A DNA stretch of 20,000 nucleotides, taken from the NCBI GenBank assembly GCA_001724265.1, contig MEDY01000150.1, positions 57,652-77,651 of the forward strand, read 5' to 3'. Under the pieces are notes generated by a model, which was not told the DNA's origin, searched no databases, and saw only the letters and a program-made list of their open reading frames with translations. Below, in pieces: positions 9,856 through 17,579 of the stretch. This DNA comes from Rhizaria sp. SCN 62-66. Lineage: Eukaryota. How positions within the stretch are numbered: the stretch's first letter is position 1; every line of letters begins with the position of its first letter. The position numbers and the translations under genes are program-made.

Positions 9856-10194
9856 GTCTGGAAAGTGACCAAAGTCAAAAACAGTAGAAATATTGTTTTA
9901 GCGGCAAATAGAAAAAAAACCATACATGTGCAATTGTCACTATAAATTTTGATTTGACGACGAAGAAGAAGCACAGATCTATATTGAAGAGCAGTCCAAG
10001 TGGACTCACAGTCGGTCCGCGGCCGCCGGCGGGCCTGGATCGACCAGTGGCAAAAGTGCGGGTCATTAAACACTACACAGCGGTCGTCAACATCTGTCAT
10101 TTGACTGTGAACCACAATTTTACAATTGTCCAACGAACAATCTAGCTATTTTCGTTTTAAATTTTTTAATGACACTCATTCATAGCGCTGCATA
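9856..10194. promoter_or_regulatory. Divergent (strand-switch) intergenic region; probable bidirectional promoter
   Basis: 339 bp between head-to-head ATGs at 9855 (-) and 10195 (+). The flanks are AT-rich around a GC-rich core at about 10005-10045. Confidence 0.6.
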
Positions 10195-13100
10195 ATGAAT
10201 CCCGCGCAACGCTTTCCCAACGGCCGCACTCTCACCTTCGACCCAACCTTCCTATCTACCCTGCGCTCGCCCGTCATCCTTGCCCCCGCTGCCGCTCCCC
10301 TCCAGACCATGTTGCCCCGCACTGCCCCTCCCACGCTCGACGGGGCAGCGTCGAGCTTCGCCGCAGATGACGTCTCAGCGTCTGCGCTCGCGGCCCAAGT
10401 CAGCACCATGCCCTTGCTCCACACCGCGCCCGACGCCACGCGCGACCACCTCGCGCTCGTGGGCGCCGCCGTGTCGGCCGACCTCGTCGCCTCGGGGCTC
10501 GCCTCGGCGCGCCCGCGTCTCCGCGCCAGCGCGCAGGCGGCCGCGTTCCTCAGTTCTCCGCCCACCGCGCAGCTGGGCGCCTCCTCGTCGTCGGCCTCGG
10601 CGCTGGCCCTGGGCGTCGAGAGCGTCGCCGCGCACGCCGCCGAGACGCTGCTGCTCGCGCCCACGCGCGTCACGGCGCCGCACAAGGCCGCCGCGCCGCA
10701 CAGTGCCCCACTTGCGGCGACAGTCGGTGCGAGTCTCGCTTTCCCCTCGCTCGTGTCGCTGCTTGACGTCGGGCCATCCGTCGTCCCCGCGTTTCCTGCA
10801 CCGACCTCGTCCGCCTCGTCGTCGTCCCACGCGCACGCACACGCCGCGTGGCCCACGCAGCTGCCGCTGGCGACAGTCCCCGCGCCCGGCGCGCTGCTGC
10901 CGACGCCGCTCCCGCCCGCGGCCCAGCTGGCCGGCCCCCAGCGCGCCGCCGCAGACGCGCACGGCAACCTGCTTCTGCTCACGCCCGCCTCCGACGCCGC
11001 CGTGGCTGCGGCCGGGGCAGGCGCCAGCGCCAGCGCCAACGCCAGCGCCAGTGCGCACGCAGTGGCGGCGGCGCCCCGCACCCAGTCGCTGAAGCTCATT
11101 GACCTCAAGCGCGCCGCCGCTGCCTCCGCGGCCGCCGCCACCGCCACGCGCGCGTTCTCCCTCGCATCGAGCTCTAAGGCGGACTCAGGTGCGCTTGCAG
11201 CCGCTGCGGAGACTGCGGCCGCTGCGTCGCGCGCCGCCGAGGACGCCAACGTCACCCTCGAGCTCGTGCCCGCGCTGGCCGGCACCAGCTCCGGTCGCCA
11301 GAACGCAGCCGCCGCCTCTAACCGTGTCGGTTTGCCCGCGTACGCCTCGCGCGTCGCAGTCAACGCCGACTCGAGCTACGCCGTCGTCACCGCCACCGCG
11401 GCCCCGTCGGTCTCGCTCGCCCGCGCGCGCGCCGCCGCCGCCGCCTCCGCCGGCGCAAACGATCCCGCTGACGGCGACTGCGACGACGCTGCCGGTGCGC
11501 CATCGTTCGTGGACAAGATTCCCGACGCCGCCGCGCGCTGCCTCATCGCCGTCCGTCTGCCGAACGCCCAGACCGAGCTGCCGCTGCTGCGCGCGCGCGC
11601 CGTCGCGGCCGCGACCGCTGCGTCCGCAGCCGCCGCCTCGGATTCCGGCTCAGCCGCCGCTATCGCCGCGGCCGCCGCCATCGCCGCCGCTGCGGCCTCG
11701 GCGGCGGCGCGAGTGTCGTGCCCGGCCGTGCGCGTCGGCGGCGGCAACGCGGCCCTGCGCGCGGCGGGCGCGGTGCTGCAGGCGACCTTCCACCCGCTCT
11801 CGCCGTCGCACTTGTACGTGCTGTACGCGTCCGGCGTGCTGGCCCTGTTCAACCTCGCCAAGGACTGGGTCGTGCCAGAGCAGGTCTACGCGCTCCCGGC
11901 GCTGCCGCACCTGTTGCCCCCCGCGCAGAACGCCGCGGGCATTGCGCACAGCAGCACCGCGGGCACCGCGGTGGGCTCGGCCGCTGGCAGTGTCGTCGGC
12001 TCCCGCGCGCAGTCGCGCCGCCCGTCCCGCGACCTCACCGGGGAGTCCGCCGGCTCTGCGCCGGGCTCCATGGGCTCCAGCTCCAGCGCTGGCTCTAGCT
12101 CGAGCTGGTCCGGTGCTCGCGGCGGCAGCAGCGGGCTGACGCACGCGTCGCTCGCTCTGTCGCCGTCGGCGCTCTTCACGCAGCCCACGTTCGCGCGCAA
12201 CGCATCGGTGCTTTCCCCGTTTCCCCTCTACGGCGACTCGGCGCCCAGCTCCCCCGCTGCCGCGCTCACGCTTGCAAACAGCACTGGCGCGGCTGGCGGC
12301 GCCGCGGGGGGCGTGCAGTGGATCTCCTTCGCGCTCGGCGCCGTGACAACGCCGCTTTCGTGGGACGCTTTCACGGTGTACCTCCTCACCCAGACCGGCG
12401 TGGTCGCGGCGGTCAGCCCCGTTGTGCCGCGCGGCCTCGCGCTGCCCATCGCCGACGTAGCCGCGCTTCATGAGGCCACCGCGGCGCAGGCCCTTCTCGC
12501 AGACTCCTCTACCGCCAACTCTAACAACAGCAGCAGCAGCAGCAGCAGTGCGAGTGCGGGCATCGCCAGTACGCCGACGGCGAGCGCGAGCGCGAGTGCG
12601 GCCGTGACGTCGCTGGTGAGCCGGCGCCAGCTGTCGCTCGCGACACAGTGGTTGCAGGAGGTTTTCTCCCTGTGCCCGCTCTGGACCGCAGACGGCGTCC
12701 GCGCGCCACGCTCGCGGCCCCCGGCCTACAACGCCGCCGACGCGCTGTTCCCCGTTAAGCTTGACGCCGCGCCCGCCGCGGCGCCCGGGGCCACCGCCGC
12801 CGAGGCCGCTGCGGCCGCCGCGGAGGCCCGCTCGCTGCGCAGCTGCGGCTTCGTCGCTGCAGGGAGCCCGCGCACCGCCGCGTTGTCTGCGCTGGCCGTG
12901 CAGGTCGTGCGCCGTTCGCACACTGACAAGCACGCGCGCGAGCGCCCGACCGCCGCCGCGGCCGCCGCGACCGCTGCCGCCAGCGCCGCTGCCGCCGCAG
13001 CCGCCGCTGCAGCCACCGCGGCGGCCCGCGAGGGCTCCGGCACTGCCGCCGCCGCTGCGGCTGCCGCCGCAGCGTCCGCGGCCGCAGCCGCAGCCTCGGC

Positions 13101-16100
13101 GTCCTCCGCTGCGGCGGCCGCGGTCTCGGCCCCGCGCACAGTGTACTCGTCACTGACTGCGTTCCCGCGTGCCGCGCACCCGACGGCACTGCTGCGTACG
13201 GCGTTCGCAGGCGTGTTCCCGCTGGCTCCGCCCGCGGCCGACGCGGCGGCGACCGCGGCCGCGGCGGCCAGTTCTGCCGCCGTCGCCGCCGCGGCTGCGG
13301 GGGCCACCGACGCCGCCTCGGCCGCCGCCGCCGCCGCCAAGGCCGCCTCTGCGGCTGCTGCGGCCGCTGCGTCCGTGTCCGAGACCGACGGTGCCGACGG
13401 CGGCGACTCCGGTGACTCTGCCGCCCTCGACCTCGACAACGACGCTGAGGCCAGCGCAAGCGCGAGTGTCGGCTCGAGCAACAGCGCAGACGCGAGCTCT
13501 CGAGCCTCGACTAGCACGAGTGCGAACGTACTCGAGGCGAGCGCGCGTGTGCTGGCGCCCTGGACCGTGACCAGCGACGTGCTGGTCATGGTTCTGCCGA
13601 TGCTGCCGCTTTTCGACCCCGCCGGCCTCGCAGCGGCCGCCGCCACGCCCGCCGCGCTGCTGGTCCGCAGCAGCGGCAGCGGTACGAACACGCGCGCGGA
13701 GCCGTCCCCGGTCACCGGCCTCGACCTCGGCCTCACAGGCCTTGGCTTTAACGGCACGACGACGACGACTGCCCGCATCCGGTCCCCTGTGCCCGCGGCG
13801 TCCACGAGCGCGACCAGCCTCACTCCCGCCGCTGTCACCGCAACGAGCAGTCTCCTGCAGCTCCCGGGTCTGGCGCCGTCCCCGTCGGGCGACTCCGTCT
13901 CGGTCTCCACCAACGGCAACACCAACAGCGCCGTTGCTGTGGGCGGCGGCAGCCTCGCTGGCGAGGGTGACGGATGGGGCCAGCTCGCGCACCAGCAGCT
14001 CGTGCTCGCCTTCGACCGCGCGACCTTCCGTGTCCCGCTGCCGCCCCGCCACTGCTCTCGGTCCGCCTGGCAGGCGCTGCAGGCCGCCGCGCTCGTTGCT
14101 GCCGCCGACGCGCTCGCCGCCGCGGCCGCCGTATCCTCCCCGGCGGCCGCCGCCGACACCAGCGCGTCCGCAGCCTGGTCCTCGTCTTCGTCGTCGGCGG
14201 CGGCGGCGGCGGCAGCCTCTACCGCGCTTGCAGTCGCCGGCAGCAAGGGCAGGCCAGCGACAGCGGGCACTTCGCCGCTGGCCCCCGTCGAGGACCCTCT
14301 GGCGCCGCGCTTCACGTTGTTCGCGGGCGGCAGCGGTGCTGCGGCTCAGGCCGCGGCGGCCAACGCCGCTTCGAACGCCGCGCCCGCGCCTGCCCTGCGT
14401 TCGCTGCACTCCCTCGTCGCCGCTCACTCCTCTGACAGTGCCAGCAGCAGCAGTCAAGGCAACGGCAACGGCGCGGGGCTGAAGGTCGACGTGCGCGCCT
14501 CCACGGCCTCGCTGCCGTCCAGCTCCAGCAGCGGCAAGGCGCGTGCGGCGCCCCCGTCCCCGACGACGGCCGTGACGGCCGCAGCGGCGCGGTCCACGCT
14601 GCCGTTGACGCGCGCACACGCCGAGCTGGCCCGCCAGGCGCTTGCGCTGTACGTGCCGCAGCTGCGGCGCATGCAGCGGCGGCGCGCGGCCGTCGCGCTG
14701 GCCCCGCCGCAGCACCACAGCGCGCTGCACGCCGCGGGCGTGTACTTCGTCACGGTGCAGTACACGCTGCCCTCGCTCGCTGCGCTCGCCACGCGCGCGT
14801 CGCTGCGCAGGCTGCTCTCGACGCTGCCCGCGCTCGCGCCCGCGGCCGCGGCCGACACGGAGGCCGCTGTCTCCGCCGCCGCAGCCGCCGCAGCGGCGGT
14901 CGCCGCTGTGGCCAAGGCCGACTCGGGTGTCGGCGCTGCATACGCCGCCGACGCCGCCGTGACCGAGGCCGTCGTCGCCGCCGCCCGCGCCGCGCCCGCG
15001 TTTGCGCTCTTCATCGCTGCGCTCGCGCGCGTGCTCGCCTCGCCGCTAAGTGCCGCCGTTGCGTCCACGGCCACGATCGCCGCCAACGCCGCCTTCGTGC
15101 AGCTGCTGCCCCTTGTCTTCGCCGCCGCAGCTGCCTCCTCGAATACGAGCGCGAACGCCGGCTGCGCTAGCGCGAATGTGAACGCGCTGGGCTGGTCGCG
15201 CGCTGCGATCGCGCCCGGCCGCGGTCTCTCCTTCGCGCTGCAGCCCGGCAGCCACCGCGAGCTCGCGCGCCACTTGGCCTCGCTGTTCGAGACCAAGCGC
15301 ACGCGTTCCGACCTCCTGCTCGCCGCCTCCGCGCCCGGCACCGCAGACACCGCGGCCCCGCTTGCGCGCGCCGAGCCCGGCCGCGAGGGCGCCGTCTCCG
15401 CGCTGACGCTGGGCACCGCGCTCGTCGCCGCGCCGTTCCTCCCGGCCGCGCTGCTGCGGCTGCGCGGAGACGGCGCCGTCGTCGCCGCCGCGCTGCCCGC
15501 GCAGTTCTGCGACGCCGACGCCGTGCTGGCAGGGCTGCCGCACGTCAAGTCCATCGCCAACTCGGCCTCCGCGCTCGTCTCCGCCGCGAACTCCAAGCCC
15601 AACGCCATCATTTTCGGCGCTGGCGCCGGCTCTGCTGCTGCGGCGGCGACCAAGTCGTCGTTCGCCGAGAAGCTGGCCCAGGTCCGCGCGGCGCACGCAA
15701 AGGCCCTGCGCGCGGATCCCGCCGCGCTGGTGCCCGCACCCGTGGCCGCCGGCGCGCTGCGCGACGCGGGCGCTCTGTCGCTCGACGACTTCCTCTCGCG
15801 CTACGCTCCCGCCGGCTCCGTCGTCGCTGCGACCGGCGCCGCAACCGGCGCCGCTGCGGCCGGCAACAGCAAAAACCCGGTGGAGCTGCTGCGCGTGGCC
15901 GCGAAGGGCAAGGGTGCGAGCTTCACCCTGACGCAGGCCGACGAACTGACGCACTTGGCCGACGTGCGCCGCCGCGTCAACGCAATCGCGCTGCACTGCC
16001 AGGCCGCAGCCGTGGAGACGGCGGCGCGCGTACAGGCGGCGCGCGCGGCCGGCGCGGCGCAAGTGGCGCAGGAGCGCGCGCTGCGGGCCGTCGCCGCGCG

Positions 16101-16752
16101 CGTCGCCGGAGAACAAAAGGCCGCGGCGGCGCGGCTGGCGGAGCTCGAGCAGACCCAAAAGACACTCGCGGAGCGGCTCGCGCGGCTGCAGGGCGCCGTG
16201 GCGGGGAAGTTAAGCCGCCTCTCGCCCGCGGACCGGGAGTTCCAGGCGGTCGTGATGGCCGCGGAGGCCGAGCTTGCGCCGCTGCAGGCGCGGGCGGCGG
16301 CGGTGGCGTCGCTGGTTGACGGGCTTAAGGCCATGGTCGAAGGCACCCGCGACGGCAACAACGACGACGACGAGGACGGCGGCGACGCCGCTGCTGAGGA
16401 CACCGACGACGATGCTCAGTACCCCGCTGAAGAGGAGGACGGCGCCAGCAGCCGTGCACTGGTTGAGGTCGGCGCCGGCCGCCGCAGCGCCGTCGCGCGT
16501 CGTGACATCAACAACGCCGGAGCTGGGAAGAAGCGCGCCGGCGCTGTGGTGCGCCACGGCGAGGCTCTGCTGGCGAGCAAGCTGCGCGAGCTCGACGTCA
16601 ACGCGACGCAGCTGGCGGCGATGAAGATCCGCTACAACGCGCTCAAGGAGAAGCTTAAGCGCATCCCTGACTGCGACGACGATGACGATGACGAGATGGA
16701 GGCCGAGGCGGACGCTGAGGCTGCGGCGCGGGAGGAGGGCAAGGATGCGTGA
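10195..16752 (+). CDS. NUP88: Nucleoporin NUP88/Nup82-like, apparently single exon, 2185 aa with extensive Ala/Ser-rich insertions
   Basis: Beta-propeller motifs QATFHPLSPSHLYVLYASGVLALFNL and WDAFTVYLLTQTGVVAAVSPVVP match Nup88/Nup82 consensus blocks (Q..WHP.S..HL.VL; W..FT.Y.L...G....CP..P). A C-terminal coiled coil contains LSPADREF (consensus LS.AER.F), followed by an acidic tail. Confidence 0.8.
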   Translation: MNPAQRFPNGRTLTFDPTFLSTLRSPVILAPAAAPLQTMLPRTAPPTLDGAASSFAADDVSASALAAQVSTMPLLHTAPDATRDHLALVGAAVSADLVASGLASARPRLRASAQAAAFLSSPPTAQLGASSSSASALALGVESVAAHAAETLLLAPTRVTAPHKAAAPHSAPLAATVGASLAFPSLVSLLDVGPSVVPAFPAPTSSASSSSHAHAHAAWPTQLPLATVPAPGALLPTPLPPAAQLAGPQRAAADAHGNLLLLTPASDAAVAAAGAGASASANASASAHAVAAAPRTQSLKLIDLKRAAAASAAAATATRAFSLASSSKADSGALAAAAETAAAASRAAEDANVTLELVPALAGTSSGRQNAAAASNRVGLPAYASRVAVNADSSYAVVTATAAPSVSLARARAAAAASAGANDPADGDCDDAAGAPSFVDKIPDAAARCLIAVRLPNAQTELPLLRARAVAAATAASAAAASDSGSAAAIAAAAAIAAAAASAAARVSCPAVRVGGGNAALRAAGAVLQATFHPLSPSHLYVLYASGVLALFNLAKDWVVPEQVYALPALPHLLPPAQNAAGIAHSSTAGTAVGSAAGSVVGSRAQSRRPSRDLTGESAGSAPGSMGSSSSAGSSSSWSGARGGSSGLTHASLALSPSALFTQPTFARNASVLSPFPLYGDSAPSSPAAALTLANSTGAAGGAAGGVQWISFALGAVTTPLSWDAFTVYLLTQTGVVAAVSPVVPRGLALPIADVAALHEATAAQALLADSSTANSNNSSSSSSSASAGIASTPTASASASAAVTSLVSRRQLSLATQWLQEVFSLCPLWTADGVRAPRSRPPAYNAADALFPVKLDAAPAAAPGATAAEAAAAAAEARSLRSCGFVAAGSPRTAALSALAVQVVRRSHTDKHARERPTAAAAAATAAASAAAAAAAAAATAAAREGSGTAAAAAAAAAASAAAAAASASSAAAAAVSAPRTVYSSLTAFPRAAHPTALLRTAFAGVFPLAPPAADAAATAAAAASSAAVAAAAAGATDAASAAAAAAKAASAAAAAAASVSETDGADGGDSGDSAALDLDNDAEASASASVGSSNSADASSRASTSTSANVLEASARVLAPWTVTSDVLVMVLPMLPLFDPAGLAAAAATPAALLVRSSGSGTNTRAEPSPVTGLDLGLTGLGFNGTTTTTARIRSPVPAASTSATSLTPAAVTATSSLLQLPGLAPSPSGDSVSVSTNGNTNSAVAVGGGSLAGEGDGWGQLAHQQLVLAFDRATFRVPLPPRHCSRSAWQALQAAALVAAADALAAAAAVSSPAAAADTSASAAWSSSSSSAAAAAAASTALAVAGSKGRPATAGTSPLAPVEDPLAPRFTLFAGGSGAAAQAAAANAASNAAPAPALRSLHSLVAAHSSDSASSSSQGNGNGAGLKVDVRASTASLPSSSSSGKARAAPPSPTTAVTAAAARSTLPLTRAHAELARQALALYVPQLRRMQRRRAAVALAPPQHHSALHAAGVYFVTVQYTLPSLAALATRASLRRLLSTLPALAPAAAADTEAAVSAAAAAAAAVAAVAKADSGVGAAYAADAAVTEAVVAAARAAPAFALFIAALARVLASPLSAAVASTATIAANAAFVQLLPLVFAAAAASSNTSANAGCASANVNALGWSRAAIAPGRGLSFALQPGSHRELARHLASLFETKRTRSDLLLAASAPGTADTAAPLARAEPGREGAVSALTLGTALVAAPFLPAALLRLRGDGAVVAAALPAQFCDADAVLAGLPHVKSIANSASALVSAANSKPNAIIFGAGAGSAAAAATKSSFAEKLAQVRAAHAKALRADPAALVPAPVAAGALRDAGALSLDDFLSRYAPAGSVVAATGAATGAAAAGNSKNPVELLRVAAKGKGASFTLTQADELTHLADVRRRVNAIALHCQAAAVETAARVQAARAAGAAQVAQERALRAVAARVAGEQKAAAARLAELEQTQKTLAERLARLQGAVAGKLSRLSPADREFQAVVMAAEAELAPLQARAAAVASLVDGLKAMVEGTRDGNNDDDEDGGDAAAEDTDDDAQYPAEEEDGASSRALVEVGAGRRSAVARRDINNAGAGKKRAGAVVRHGEALLASKLRELDVNATQLAAMKIRYNALKEKLKRIPDCDDDDDDEMEAEADAEAAAREEGKDA

Positions 16753-17099
16753 ATGCTGAAAACAATGCGCTCTTGTGCTTGAATGCGTTGTGGTGCTCAG
16801 GCTCTGCACTGAGCACTAACTTAAACTTGGAACTGTTGCGAAGAGTGATCGAGATATATATACCGTAAGCCGCGGTCATCGTGATATGGCAGCGGTCTCA
16901 TTGCAGTTATACCAATACATATATTTTATTAAGTTTATTTTACGCGCATGGAATTGACAAGGACTTGAAATGCAGTCGAACGCGTGATTTAGTTATCGTT
17001 TTTGACTGGTGGCTGGACTGGACAGGTGCTCACAGTCACTTTGCCCAGCAACTGGTCGGCCCTTCTCTCTGCCCACAGTCGGCCGAGCGAACGGCCCGT

Positions 17100-17530
17100 T
17101 TATGTCGCTATATGTGCATCTGGTACCTGCATGAGTCTTTGTTATAGGTAGCATATGCAGGTATTTCCTTAGTGGCGAATTGCCTTCGCCACGCAACGAC
17201 GTTTCAGGTTACTTTGATATCCTCGAGGAGGAAAGACGTCACTCCCTTCGACCGCGCTGCAAAATCATCTTCTGATGGTGCTGGCAGTGGGCACTCGCGT
17301 CGGCGCGGCACCAACAGATACGCAAGGCCGGTGCATATAGCGCATCTACATGCATTGTGACCGGTCTTGCGCTCTCTGTCGGTTCGAAGAAGTTCGAATC
17401 GCGATTCCGAAAGACAGCCATTAAAGGTTCACTCGGCGACGAGCTCCCGGTCGAGTGTGCCCAGAAAGCAACGATTACTGCCATCATACGAACGTCAGTG
17501 ACCCATGCCTTCGAACTAATGATTATTGAC
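17100..17530 (+). ncRNA. Unidentified structured RNA element (ncRNA or structured leader/outron)
   Basis: At least six stems of 8-12 bp whose wobble positions are G-U on the plus strand; see findings. Confidence 0.4.
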
Positions 17531-17579
17531 ATCCTTTTATTTCCAAATGCTTTCTTTCTTTTCGCGCCCGACAGGAACT

